A DNA stretch of 64,000 nucleotides, taken from an uncultured Gammaproteobacteria bacterium. GTDB lineage: Bacteria; Pseudomonadota; Gammaproteobacteria; Steroidobacterales; Steroidobacteraceae. Every line of letters begins with the position of its first letter. Positions within the stretch are counted from its first letter, which is position 1. The translations under genes and the position numbers were made by a program. Below the pieces are notes generated by a model. It made no database searches. It worked only from the letters and a program-made list of their open reading frames with translations, and had not been told where the DNA came from. Of the stretch, positions 9,456 to 19,170 are shown one piece after another. The stretch lies in NCBI GenBank assembly GCA_963706755.1, contig CAVPNH010000002.1, positions 21,660 to 85,659 of the forward strand. The letters are read 5' to 3'.

Positions 9456-9575
9456 GGGGACTGTCCCCGCAAGGGACTGCCCCCCCGAACGACGCCTCGG
9501 ATTGGGGACAGTCCCCTGCGGGGACAGTCGCCGGCGTCAGGTTGGGGACAGTCCCCTCCGGGGACAGTCCCCAAC
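9456..9575. repeat. Three tandem REP-like units built from the palindromic 13-mer GGGGAC(A/T)GTCCCC
   Basis: Units start at 9456, 9504 and 9544 (spacing 48 and 40 nt), each holding two copies of the 13-mer. 9541-9575 (GTTGGGGACAGTCCCC TCC GGGGACAGTCCCCAAC) folds into a 16-bp stem with one A.A mismatch. The repeats lie between convergent genes. Confidence 0.8.
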
Positions 9576-11780
9576 GGGTTCCACGTCCACCGGCGTGCCA
9601 TTCAGCACCGCGTTACCCGTCAGCGCGTCGATCCGCCGATCATCGACGACGTCGTTGATGCTGACGCCGGGATTGCGCGCGGCGATGCCGAGGCGCACTC
9701 CCGGCCGATCGTGACCCCAGCCGTGCGGCAGGCAGACGACGCCCGGCATCACATCAGGCGTGATCTCGGCAGCGACCTCGACCTCACCCACGCGCGAACG
9801 CAGGCGAACCTTCGCGCCTTCTTCGATACCGCGCCGCGCTGCATCGTCCGGGTGGATCATCAACGTGCAGCGGGGCTTGCCCTTCACCAGCCGCTGGCTG
9901 TTGTGCAGCCACGAATTGTTGCTGCGCACGTGCCGGCGCCCGATGAGCATCAGTTCAGGCACCGGTTCCGCAAGACTCTGCGCTGCGCGGGCAAGGTCCG
10001 CCACGTACGGTTCGGGCGCGAGCTGGATGCGTCCATCGGAAGTCGCGAGCCGCCGCGACAGGCAGGGCTCGAGCGGCCCCAGGTCGACGCCGTGGGGGGA
10101 TGCACGCAGCCGCGCAAGGCTCAGGCCCTCCGGGCGACGGTCCGGCGCCTCGAGCTGCTTGCGCATGGCGGCGAATCCTGGCAGCCGCGCGAGGACCCTC
10201 AGCGAACCGCGGTTCTCCTGCCCGTAACGGCCGGTGCGCAGCATCCAGTCGAGGAGACCGTCGGGCCCGAGCCGACGCGCGAGCGCGCCGCGAGCGGAGG
10301 CAATGTTTCGCTCGAAACCCGGCTGCGTACGCAGCCGCAGCGCGAGTTCGGCCAGGATCTCGTGATCGTGCATCGTGCCCGGAGGCGGCTCGAACAGAGC
10401 CGGTGCGTACTTGGCGACGTTGCGCACCGCGAATCCCGACAGCGCGATGTCGTAGTGGCCGTGCTCCAGCGGACTTGTGGGCGGCAGGACCAGGTGCGCG
10501 TGCCGCGTGGTCTCGTTGATGTACGGATCCACCGAGACCATGAACTCGAGGCCTTCGAGCGCGCGGTCGAGCTGGCGACCGTTCGGCGTCGACAGCACGG
10601 GGTTGCCCGCGACCGTAAAGAGCGCACGTACCTGCCCCGGGCCGCCGGTGAGGATCTCTTCCGCCAGGGTCGCGACCGGCAGCTCGTTACCGAACTCCGG
10701 CAGTCCCCGGACACGCGAGCGGAACCGGTCGTAGTGGCCCTTCGAACCGTAGGCGCGCGTGAGGTCCACGGCGGGCTCGGCGAACATCATGCCGCCCGCC
10801 GCGTCCATGTGCCGCGTGATCAGGTTGAGGCAGTAGATGAGCCACAGCGTCAGGCCGCCGAACTCCTGGGTGCAGGCGCCGACGCGGCCGTAGACCAGCG
10901 CGCGCGGCTCGGCGCAGATTTCCCGGGCCAGCGCGGCTATGCGCGCCGCCGGAATACCGGTCCGCGCGGCAAGCTGCCCGGCGTCGTAGCCACTGACCGC
11001 CTCGCGCAGTCGCTCGACGCCATCGACGAGCGCGCCGAGGTGCCCTGTGTCGGAAGGACCGGTCGCAAAGGCTTCCTTGAGCAGCGCAAGCAGGAGGTAG
11101 ACGTCGGTGCCCGGGCGGATCGGCAGGTACTCGTCCGCGATCTGCGCCGACTCGGTGCGCCGCGGGTCGATGACAACGAAGCGCCCGCCCCGCGCCCTGA
11201 GCGCCTCCACACGCCGCTCGAAGCCCGGCGCGCCCATGATCGAGCCGCCAGAAGCCACCGGGTTGCCGCCGATGCAGACGAACAACTGCGTGCGGTCCAC
11301 GTCGGGCACCGGAATCAGGAACTGGTGCCCGAACATCATCTGCGACGCCATCATGTGCGGCAGCTGGTCGACGCTCGTGGCCGAGTAGAGATTGCGGGTG
11401 CGCACCGCGCGGATGAAGTCGCCGATGCCGAGCATCGCGCCCAGGTTGTGAACGACGGGATTGCCCGCGTAGATGGCCACCGCGTCGTTGCCGTGACGCG
11501 CGCGCACCTCGCCGATGCGCCGCTCGATCTCGTCGTAGGCCTCCGGCCAGGAGACTTCCTCCCAGCCGTCTGCCCTGCGCCGCACCGGGCGGCGCAGGCG
11601 ATCCGGGTCCTCGTGGATGTCCTTGAGCGCGACCGCCTTGGGGCAGATGTGGCCGCGGCTCAGGACGTCGTCGTGATCGGGCTTGATCGAGAGTACCTGC
11701 CCGTCACGGTGCTCGACGACGATGCCGCACATCGCCTCGCAGATCGAGCAGGTGCGGTGATGCAGCAGGTTTTCCGCCAT
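9537..11780 (-). CDS. Molybdopterin-dependent oxidoreductase (DMSO reductase/formate dehydrogenase superfamily)
   Basis: 747-aa ORF. N-terminal 4Fe-4S motif HHRTCSICEAMCG. Typical molybdopterin-domain sequence throughout. Confidence 0.9.
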   Translation of the reverse strand: MAENLLHHRTCSICEAMCGIVVEHRDGQVLSIKPDHDDVLSRGHICPKAVALKDIHEDPDRLRRPVRRRADGWEEVSWPEAYDEIERRIGEVRARHGNDAVAIYAGNPVVHNLGAMLGIGDFIRAVRTRNLYSATSVDQLPHMMASQMMFGHQFLIPVPDVDRTQLFVCIGGNPVASGGSIMGAPGFERRVEALRARGGRFVVIDPRRTESAQIADEYLPIRPGTDVYLLLALLKEAFATGPSDTGHLGALVDGVERLREAVSGYDAGQLAARTGIPAARIAALAREICAEPRALVYGRVGACTQEFGGLTLWLIYCLNLITRHMDAAGGMMFAEPAVDLTRAYGSKGHYDRFRSRVRGLPEFGNELPVATLAEEILTGGPGQVRALFTVAGNPVLSTPNGRQLDRALEGLEFMVSVDPYINETTRHAHLVLPPTSPLEHGHYDIALSGFAVRNVAKYAPALFEPPPGTMHDHEILAELALRLRTQPGFERNIASARGALARRLGPDGLLDWMLRTGRYGQENRGSLRVLARLPGFAAMRKQLEAPDRRPEGLSLARLRASPHGVDLGPLEPCLSRRLATSDGRIQLAPEPYVADLARAAQSLAEPVPELMLIGRRHVRSNNSWLHNSQRLVKGKPRCTLMIHPDDAARRGIEEGAKVRLRSRVGEVEVAAEITPDVMPGVVCLPHGWGHDRPGVRLGIAARNPGVSINDVVDDRRIDALTGNAVLNGTPVDVEPVGDCPRRGLSPT

Positions 11781-11807
11781 CGCCGCTCTCGCTCCCCGCG
11801 CCCTGGG

Positions 11808-13259
11808 TCAGTCCCTGCGGCGCCGCGGGGCCAGGCCGAGCGCGCCGAAGAGCAGCAACAGCCCCGGCGCGAGCGCGCCGCCGCCCGACTTGTTCTGCTT
11901 CTTCTGGCCGCAGGTCGTGTTGCCCACAACCGTCGCGCCTGTCGAGCTGTAACTGAACAGCGTGCCCCCGCTGCACTTTCCTCCGCCCGCCGCGATGCCG
12001 ACGAACGTGTTGGCGTCGAGTTGCAGCAGCGAGCCGGACGGGCTGGATCCATTGGTCCCGTCGAAGCTGTAGAGCTTCGTGAAGCCCGTGCCGTCGCGCG
12101 CGATCGAATAGATCGTGCCGAAATTGGTCGCGGTGCCACTCGAGTCGGTGCCGCCGCTGGCCGTCACGCCGTAGAGCCGGCCATCGAGTCCGAGCGTGAG
12201 TGCGCCGGACGGGCCGGCACCGTTGGCTGTCTCGAAGTCATGGGGCATGGGCACGGTGAGCAGCCCGCTCACGGGATCGAGCGAGAACAGTGTTCCGACT
12301 CCATTAGCACCGCCCGCGCTCGTCACGCCGTAGAGCAGTCCGTTCTGCCCGTCCGTGAGGCCGGACCTCGGGTTCGCACCTTCGACGTTGGTCGCCGGGC
12401 TGCCGCTCGACAGGTCCGCGAATGTGTGCACGACCTCGAACCCGGTGCCGTCCGTCCGGATGCGGAAGATGGTGCCGCGGCCATTGACACCGCCGCCGGA
12501 CGCCGTGCCGTACAGATAGCCGTCGGAAGCCGCCAGCAGCCCCCCCACGGGGCTCGCTCCATCGTCGTTTTTCAGGATGCTGACGGACGGGTCCGAGGTG
12601 ACCTGCCCGAAGTGGTGCAGCACCAGGAAATCCGAGTTGTCGACGGGCTGTCGGGGCTGGCGGAAGATCACGCCCGTGCCGTTCGTGCCCCCGGCACTGG
12701 TCACGCCGTAGAGGAACCCGTCGCTGCCCTCGATGAGCGCGGCCACCGGGTACGCCCCATCCGCGTTCTTCGGGCTGCCGTAGACGTTCGTCGTCGTCCA
12801 GGCCTCGAAGCGGTGCAGGATCGTGAATCCCGTGCCGTCCTGCGCAAGGCTGAATGTCGTGCCCGGGGTATCGGCAACCGTCTGGTCGCCGAGGCTGGTC
12901 GACCCGTACAGGAGCTCGTCGCTGCCCTTCAGGAGCCCCGCCTTGGGCACGTAACCCTCGGTGAGGGCAAACTGGTGCAGCGTCGTCACCGAGGAGCCGC
13001 TGACCGTCGACCGGTAGATGAGGCCGCCGGAAACCAGGTTCGACGCTGCAGTCGTGCCGTACAGCCCCCCGTCCGCGCCCTCCACGAGGCCGCCGTTCGG
13101 AGCCGAACCGTTGAACGGCAAGTTGAACGCCAAGACGGTCGACACCGCAGGCGCCGCCTGCCCGAAGGACGCAGCTGACGCCACGAGCAGCCAGGCCGCT
13201 AGGGGCACCCGGGCAAAGCGGAAATACTTGAAGGACTGCACTGGGCACATCGACGACAT
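11808..13259 (-). CDS. GloVer-type tandem-repeat (beta-propeller-like) secreted protein with GlyGly-CTERM-like sorting signal
   Basis: ATG 13259 within ORF 11808..13460. Signal peptide is FARVPLAAWLLVASAASFGQA. At least 6 repeats of G.LYG(T/V)T..GG..G.GT(I/L)F...DGTGF..LH.F. C-terminus is KSGGGALAPGLLLLFGALGLAPRRRRD. Confidence 0.8.
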   Translation of the reverse strand: MSSMCPVQSFKYFRFARVPLAAWLLVASAASFGQAAPAVSTVLAFNLPFNGSAPNGGLVEGADGGLYGTTAASNLVSGGLIYRSTVSGSSVTTLHQFALTEGYVPKAGLLKGSDELLYGSTSLGDQTVADTPGTTFSLAQDGTGFTILHRFEAWTTTNVYGSPKNADGAYPVAALIEGSDGFLYGVTSAGGTNGTGVIFRQPRQPVDNSDFLVLHHFGQVTSDPSVSILKNDDGASPVGGLLAASDGYLYGTASGGGVNGRGTIFRIRTDGTGFEVVHTFADLSSGSPATNVEGANPRSGLTDGQNGLLYGVTSAGGANGVGTLFSLDPVSGLLTVPMPHDFETANGAGPSGALTLGLDGRLYGVTASGGTDSSGTATNFGTIYSIARDGTGFTKLYSFDGTNGSSPSGSLLQLDANTFVGIAAGGGKCSGGTLFSYSSTGATVVGNTTCGQKKQNKSGGGALAPGLLLLFGALGLAPRRRRD

Positions 13260-13374
13260 CTGCTTCTGGTCTCCAGGTCCCCGGCAGGCCTGCCGGACAG
13301 GGCGAGGATGCGAATTGTGCCGGATTCCGGCCACGAGCGCATGAAACCCGCCGTTGCGCGGGCCAGTCGCTAGA

Positions 13375-15323
13375 ATGCGCCCCCTTCCCCGCATCGACAG
13401 GCGCCTGGCCTTGATCCTGCTCCGCCAACTGACGCTAGCGCGCGGCGCGCGGCCACTCATCGAGGACGCCAGCCTGCAGATTCACACCGGCTGGCGGGTC
13501 GGCCTCGTCGGCGCGAATGGCAGCGGAAAGTCGAGCCTCTTTGCACTCCTGGCCGGGGAACTGCACGCCGAGAGCGGCGATTGCGAAATTCCGCCCGCCT
13601 GGAGCATCGCCAGCGTCAGCCAGGAGACACCGTCCCTCCCCAGCCCGGCGATCGAATTCGTGCTCGACGGCGATACCGAACTGCGCTCGCGTGGAGCGGG
13701 CACTGCTCGAGGCCGACCGCGATCACGACGGCCACGCACTGGCCGAAGGCCACGCGCGGCTGGACGCGATCAGCGGATACTCGGCGCGCGCACGCGCGGC
13801 TGCGCTGCTCGCGGGGCTCGGGTTCGAGATCGACGGACCTCGAACGGCCCGTCGCGGATTTCTCCGGCGGCTGGCGCATGCGCCTGAATCTCGCCCGCGC
13901 GCTGTCGAGCCGCGCGGACCTCCTGCTGCTGGACGAGCCCACCAACCACCTCGATCTCGACGCCGTCGTCTGGCTCGAACGCTGGCTCGCCAACTGGCGC
14001 GGGACACTGCTGCTCGTGTCCCACGACCGCGACTTCCTCGACGGCTGTGTCTCGCACATCGCCCAGATCGAGTCGCGGCGCCTCACGCTCTACACGGGGA
14101 ACTACTCGGCATTCGAGGAACAGCGGGCAGCGCGCCTCGCCGTGCAGCAGGCGATGTACGAGAAGCAGCAGCGTGAAGTCGCCCACATGGAGGGCTTCAT
14201 CGCACGCTTTCGGGCCAAGGCCAGCAAGGCCCGCCAGGCGCAGAGCCGCCTGAAGGCACTCGACCGCCTGGAACGGATTGCCCCGGCCCACGTCGACGCC
14301 CCGTTCGACTTCGAGTTTCCGGCGCCGGAGCGCTCGCCGGACCCGCTGCTCGCGCTCGCCGACGCGGTGCTCGGTTACCCCGGACGCCCGGTCCTCGACG
14401 ATGTCGAGATGTCGCTCCGGCCCGGCGCACGGCTCGGGCTGCTGGGGCCCAACGGCGCGGGCAAGTCCACGCTGATCAAGGCCATCGCGGGCGTCCTCGC
14501 GCCACTGTCGGGCGGCCGGACCGAGGGCCACGGCCTCAAGATCGGCTACTTCGCGCAGCACCAGCTCGAGCAGTTGCGGCCCGACGAGTCACCGCTGCAG
14601 CACCTCGTGCGCGCCGAGCGGCAGACGCGGGAGCTCGACCTGCGCAGCTACCTCGGCGGCTTCGACTTCCGGGGATCGATGGCGGACGCGCCGACGGGGG
14701 CATTCTCCGGGGGCGAGAAGTCCCGCCTCGCCCTCGCGCTCATCGTGCGGCAGCGGCCCAACCTGCTGCTGCTCGACGAGCCCACGAACCACCTCGACCT
14801 GGAGATGCGCCACGCACTCACGCGGGCGCTGGCCGAGTACGAGGGCAGCCTGGTACTCGTGTCCCACGACCGCGCGCTGCTGCGCACCGTGTGCGACGGC
14901 TTCCTGCTCGTCGCCGATGGCCGGGCGGTGGAGTTTTCCGGCGACGTGGACGATTACCTCGCGTGGCTGGTCGAGCGACGCGCGAGGACCGATGCCGTGC
15001 AACCGGACGCACCTGCCACCCTGGACAGGGAGGCGCGGCGCGCGCAGCGCGAGAGCGCCGGCGCGGATCGGCAGGCACGGCTCGCCCGTCGCCGCCCGCT
15101 CGCGAAAGAGGCCCGCGAGCTCGAGCGCGAGGTCGAGTCACTCGAGGCGGAGAAGCGCGGCCTCGAGGCGCGGCTCGCCGACACGGCCTTCTACTCGGCC
15201 GGAAAGCTGGCCGAGGTGCAGGCGGCGACGCGGCGCTGCACCGAGATCGGACGACGCCTGGAGGAAGCGGAGTCGCGCTGGCTGGAACTGCAGGCCGAGC
15301 TCGAGGCGATCGGCGAGGCCTGA
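13375..15323 (+). pseudogene. yheS: ABC-F ATPase (YheS-like) interrupted by two single-base insertions
   Basis: Three frames join into a near-colinear match to my recollection of E. coli YheS: frame 1 up to FVLDGDTELRS; frame 2 VERALLEADRDHDGHALAEGHARLDAISGYSARARAAALLAGLGFEIDG; frame 0 LERPVADFSGGWRMRLNLARAL... through to the stop at 15323. Extra bases sit at about 13690 and 13838. The start may be ATG 13375 or TTG 13411. Confidence 0.85.
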
Positions 15324-16298
15324 TCAGGTCCGGACGACCACCTTGCCGCGGGCGCGGCGCGCCTGCAGCGACTCGAATGCCTTCGCGTAGTCTTCCATGG
15401 GGTGCGTCTCGCCGACCACCGGAACGAGCTTGCCGGCCTCGAAGAGTGCCCAGAGGTCCGCGACATTCTGGCGCTGCACGTCCGGCTCGCGCTGGGTGAA
15501 GCTGCCCCAGTAGACGCCGACCACCGAGCAGCCCTTGAGCAGCGGCAGGTTGAGCGGAAGGCTGGGGATCTCCCCGCCGGCAAAGCCGATGACGAGGTAC
15601 CGCCCGCCCCAGGCCATGCTGCGCAGCGCGGGCTCCGCGAGATCGCCTCCCACCGGGTCGTACACCACGTCCACGCCCTTGCCGCCGGTGATCTCCTTGA
15701 GGCGCTGGCGCAGGTCTTCGGTCGCGTAGTTGACCAGGTGCTCGGCGCCCAGCGATCGCGCGAGCTCGAGTTTCTCGTCGCTGCTGGCGGCGGCAATGAC
15801 CGTCGCTCCCATCTGCCGGCCGAGTTGCACCGCAGTCGTGCCGACGCCGCCCGCGGCACCGAGCACCAGCAGCGATTCGCCGGGCGCGAGCCGGGCACGC
15901 TGCTTCAGCGCATACATGCTCGTGAAGTAGGTCACGCAGATTCCCGCCGCCGACTCGAACGAGAGGCTCGGCGGAGCGGGAATGACCAGCGACGCGCGCG
16001 CCGCGACCTGCTCCGCCATCGCGCGCCCGCAGGCGGCGACCACGCGATCTCCGACGCGCAGCCCCGACACGCCCTCTCCCACCGCGCTCACGATGCCGGA
16101 CATCTCGGTGCCAACGACGAATGGCAGCGGCGGCCGGTCCTGGTAGAGCCCGCGGATCATGAGCACGTCCGGAAAATTGAGCGCGGCCGCCTTGACGTCG
16201 ATGAGGACCTCGCCGGGCGCCGGTACGGGTTCCGGCCAGTCGCTCACGAGCGCAAGCCCGTCGATTCCGGTGAGTTCCCTGCAGATGACTGCGCGCAT
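15324..16298 (-). CDS. NADPH:quinone oxidoreductase / MDR-family zinc-type dehydrogenase
   Basis: 324-aa ORF with the GAAGGVG nucleotide-binding motif and typical Qor-like sequence. Confidence 0.9.
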   Translation of the reverse strand: MRAVICRELTGIDGLALVSDWPEPVPAPGEVLIDVKAAALNFPDVLMIRGLYQDRPPLPFVVGTEMSGIVSAVGEGVSGLRVGDRVVAACGRAMAEQVAARASLVIPAPPSLSFESAAGICVTYFTSMYALKQRARLAPGESLLVLGAAGGVGTTAVQLGRQMGATVIAAASSDEKLELARSLGAEHLVNYATEDLRQRLKEITGGKGVDVVYDPVGGDLAEPALRSMAWGGRYLVIGFAGGEIPSLPLNLPLLKGCSVVGVYWGSFTQREPDVQRQNVADLWALFEAGKLVPVVGETHPMEDYAKAFESLQARRARGKVVVRT

Positions 16299-16347
16299 TT
16301 CTCCCCCAGTGCCGGCCCGTCGCCGGCCATTGAATTCGTCGCCAGGA

Positions 16348-17517
16348 TCAGGAGCGGATCAGGTGCCGCCCGAGATCGGAGATCGAACCGCAGCCGAGCA
16401 GCATCATCGCGCGGTCCATCTCGGCCCGGAGCATTCCGAGCGCGTGACTGGCGCCGGCCTCGCCGCCGGCTGCTAGCCCGTACAGGGCGGCGCGCCCGAT
16501 CAACACCGCGCGCGCGCCGAGCGCGACCGCCTTCAGCACGTCGCCTCCCCGCCGGAATCCGCCATCCACCATCACGGTGAGACGTTCCCCGACCTCAGAG
16601 GCGACCGCCGGCAGCAGCTCCACGCCGGAGACGGCGCCGTCCAGCTGCCGCCCTCCGTGGTTGGAAAGCACGATGCCGTCGGCGCCGACCTCGACCGAGC
16701 GCCGCGCGTCCTCGACGCAGAGCAGCCCCTTCACGACGAGCTTGCCGGCCCAGCGCTTGCGGATCCGTTCGACGTCGTGCCACGACAGGCGCGAGTTGAT
16801 CTGCGAGAAACTGTACTTCGCGCCGATCAGCGCCGAGTACTTCCCAGGCGGCAGGAATTCCGTCAGGTTCTCGAAAGTCGGTGCGCCGGAGGGCAGCATC
16901 ACCTGCGCGAGCCAGCGCGGGTGCCGCAGCACGTCGAGCTTGCTCGCGAGGCTCAGCTTCATCGGCGTCCGGTAATTGCGCTGGTCCCACTCGCGCGCGC
17001 CGAGCACCGGAGCATCGGCGGTGATCACCAGCACCTCGCAACCGGCCTCGGCCACGCGGTCGATCAGGCGATCGACGACGCTCTGGTCCTTGTAGGCGTA
17101 GAGCTGGTACCAGAGGTTGCCCTGCACGGCCGCCGCGAGCCTGCCGACCGCGCAGTTCGAAGCGGTGCTGAGAGTGAATGGTATTCCCGCCTCGGTCGCC
17201 GCCCTTGCGAGCGCGACGTCGCCCTGCGGCCAGAGCAGGCCGTTGAAGCCTGTCGGGGCAATGACGATCGGCATATTGACCTGTCGCCCGAACACCTCGG
17301 TGCCAAGGTCCGGCGGTCCCGCACCGATGAGCGCACGCGGCAGCCACGCGATCCGCTCGAACACGTCGCGGTTGCGGCGCAGCGTGACTTCGTCCTCCGC
17401 TCCGCCCTCTACGTATTCGTAGCTGAAGTTTGGAAGCCGGCGGCGCGCGATGCGGCGCAGGTCCTCGATGGTGATTGCGCGACGGAAGTCTCGCCCGGCG
17501 TAGTGTCCGCGCTTCAC
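16348..17517 (-). CDS. FMN-dependent alpha-hydroxy acid dehydrogenase (LldD/glycolate oxidase family)
   Basis: C-terminal 389 aa of ORF 16348..18222. The GTG 17517 start overlaps the upstream stop (GTGA). Motifs: SNHGGRQLD and VMVDGGFRRGGDV. Confidence 0.85.
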   Translation of the reverse strand: MKRGHYAGRDFRRAITIEDLRRIARRRLPNFSYEYVEGGAEDEVTLRRNRDVFERIAWLPRALIGAGPPDLGTEVFGRQVNMPIVIAPTGFNGLLWPQGDVALARAATEAGIPFTLSTASNCAVGRLAAAVQGNLWYQLYAYKDQSVVDRLIDRVAEAGCEVLVITADAPVLGAREWDQRNYRTPMKLSLASKLDVLRHPRWLAQVMLPSGAPTFENLTEFLPPGKYSALIGAKYSFSQINSRLSWHDVERIRKRWAGKLVVKGLLCVEDARRSVEVGADGIVLSNHGGRQLDGAVSGVELLPAVASEVGERLTVMVDGGFRRGGDVLKAVALGARAVLIGRAALYGLAAGGEAGASHALGMLRAEMDRAMMLLGCGSISDLGRHLIRS

Positions 17518-18476
17518 GGCTGCCTTGCCTCGCCCTGCACCAGTTCGGTGATCCTGAGGGCGGTCTCGAGCGCAAGCAGTCCGTCCTCGCCGGACACCAC
17601 CGGCGGGCGGCCCTCGCATATCGACCCGAGAAACGCCTCGATCTCGAGCCTGAGCGCGTCGCCCTGTTCGTAGGTGCGCTCCTCGATCGAGACCTGCCCG
17701 AGCGCCGCGCCCGAACCTTCCGGCGGCTTGCGCACGACGGTGAGCACCTTCTGCTGCAGGTCGATGGACACGTAGGCATCGTCCTGGAAGAGACGGAGCT
17801 TGCGCTCCATCTTCATGCTGATGCGGCTGGCCGTCGTGTTTGCGACGCAGCCGTTCGCGTAGCGGATGCGGGCGTTCGCGATGTCGAGACCCGACGAGAA
17901 GACGGACGTGCCGACCGCGTCGATCGAGACGATTGGCGCGCGCACCAGGCTCTGGATCAGGTCGATGTCGTGGATCATGAGGTCCAGCACGACGTTCACG
18001 TCGGTGCCGCGTTCCTTGAACGGCGCCAGCCTGTGCGACTCGACGAAGCGTGGCGTGCCTAGCGTGCCCTCGAGCGCCAGGATGGCCGGGTTGAACCGCT
18101 CGAGGTGCCCGACCTGGAGGATGCGCCCCTTGCGCGCGGCGAGCGCGATCAGGCTCCTCGCCTCCTCGAGCGTCTCGGTGACCGGCTTCTCGACCAGGAC
18201 GTGGACGCCGCGTTCCAGGCACTCGCTTGCGATGGCGTGGTGGACCGGCGTGGGCGTCGCGATGCTCACCGCATCCACCTCGCCCAGGATCTCGCGGAAA
18301 TCCCCGACAGCGCGGCAGCCGACCTCGGCGGCGACGCGCTCGCGCGTGGCGGGGTCTGGGTCCACCACGGCCACCAGCCGCGACTGCGGCAGGGTGGCGT
18401 ATTTCTGGGCGTGAAACCGGCCCAGGTAACCAACGCCGATGACGGCGGTCCGCACGGTCTGCATGCTCGCGATCAT
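17514..18476 (-). CDS. Gfo/Idh/MocA-family NAD-dependent oxidoreductase
   Basis: ORF 17514..18545, with likely start ATG 18476 or 18464 (MQTVRTAVIGVGYLGRFHA). LVEKPV motif, plus GHLERFNPA and VVLDLMIHDIDL. Confidence 0.85.
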   Translation of the reverse strand: MIASMQTVRTAVIGVGYLGRFHAQKYATLPQSRLVAVVDPDPATRERVAAEVGCRAVGDFREILGEVDAVSIATPTPVHHAIASECLERGVHVLVEKPVTETLEEARSLIALAARKGRILQVGHLERFNPAILALEGTLGTPRFVESHRLAPFKERGTDVNVVLDLMIHDIDLIQSLVRAPIVSIDAVGTSVFSSGLDIANARIRYANGCVANTTASRISMKMERKLRLFQDDAYVSIDLQQKVLTVVRKPPEGSGAALGQVSIEERTYEQGDALRLEIEAFLGSICEGRPPVVSGEDGLLALETALRITELVQGEARQP

Positions 18477-18516
18477 CCTCAGTGGACTATTGCGGTTCCC
18501 GCCGCCGGGACGCAGG

Positions 18517-18786
18517 ATGCCGCAGATGAAGTCTGGACACCACACCCGGTGGCTACTCGCGGGGTTCGCCTTCGGCGCCGTCGCGCTGCCGTTCCTGGTC
18601 TACATGACGGGCGTGGAGTTGCTCGGCCCCTACAGTGGCGGTGGCCCAGGAGCTTTCTACGCTGACTTCGCCGCGGATCTCGCGCGCCTCCGGCCGGCCG
18701 CCTGGACGCTGCTGCTCGGGCCTGCCGGCCTCATCCTGGTCTGGCGCATGCTCGCGGCGTATGCCTGGAGCGACGAAAAGCAATGA
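18517..18786 (+). CDS. Small hypothetical membrane protein
   Basis: Inner ATG of ORF 18439..18786. Two hydrophobic helices (WLLAGFAFGAVALPFLVYM; WTLLLGPAGLILVWRMLAAYAW). No family recognised. Confidence 0.5.
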   Translation: MPQMKSGHHTRWLLAGFAFGAVALPFLVYMTGVELLGPYSGGGPGAFYADFAADLARLRPAAWTLLLGPAGLILVWRMLAAYAWSDEKQ

Positions 18787-18846
18787 ATGTCGCGGGCGTG
18801 GAGGCAGGCCCTGGCTGCCGTGCGAGGGACGCCCAGGCACCTCGGC

Positions 18847-19140
18847 TCAGCCCCGGGTTGACCAGTAGAGCGCGACCAGCGCCGCGAGCGCGCCCCACAT
18901 CGCGAACTGGGCCCGCCGCCGCCAGGGACGCTCGCGTGCCTGCCCGACGAAACTGATCGCCGCGAGAGCTGTCAAACCCGCGAAGAGCGCGAAATAGAGG
19001 GCCAGCAACGGCAGTTCAGCACGGAACTGCGGATATTCGCCGGACAACACCAGGAATACGACCAGGGTCGCCCCCAGGCCGAAGGTCGTCGCGGCGGACG
19101 ATCCGAGCACGATCCCGGTGAGAACAGTGAGTGGTCGCAC
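18847..19140 (-). CDS. Small hypothetical membrane protein (3 predicted TM helices)
   Basis: 97-aa ORF, strongly hydrophobic, with typical high-GC codon usage. Confidence 0.55.
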   Translation of the reverse strand: MRPLTVLTGIVLGSSAATTFGLGATLVVFLVLSGEYPQFRAELPLLALYFALFAGLTALAAISFVGQARERPWRRRAQFAMWGALAALVALYWSTRG

Positions 19141-19170
19141 GGATGTCGCTGCCGCACGACACGACGGCGC

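Noticed and set aside
9456-9575. Possible miniature CRISPR array (repeats with 40-48 nt periodicity)
   Set aside because: There are only three units. The 'repeat' is a doubled self-complementary 13-mer with almost no unique spacer sequence, no leader and no cas genes. It fits REP-type palindromic elements better.
8916-13178. 1420-aa plus-strand ORF, the longest in the track
   Set aside because: It runs antisense to two well-supported minus-strand genes (molybdoenzyme and GloVer protein). The translation is Arg/Ala/Gly/Pro-rich, low-complexity and motif-free, the typical shadow ORF of a high-GC genome.
15321-15326. Convergent stops abutting as TGATCA (yheS-like/qor), and the 79-nt convergent overlap at 50305-50383
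   Set aside because: Abutting or overlapping convergent 3' ends are common in compact high-GC genomes. The 50383 stop may simply be a late stop in a basic tail. I saw no independent sign of regulatory significance.
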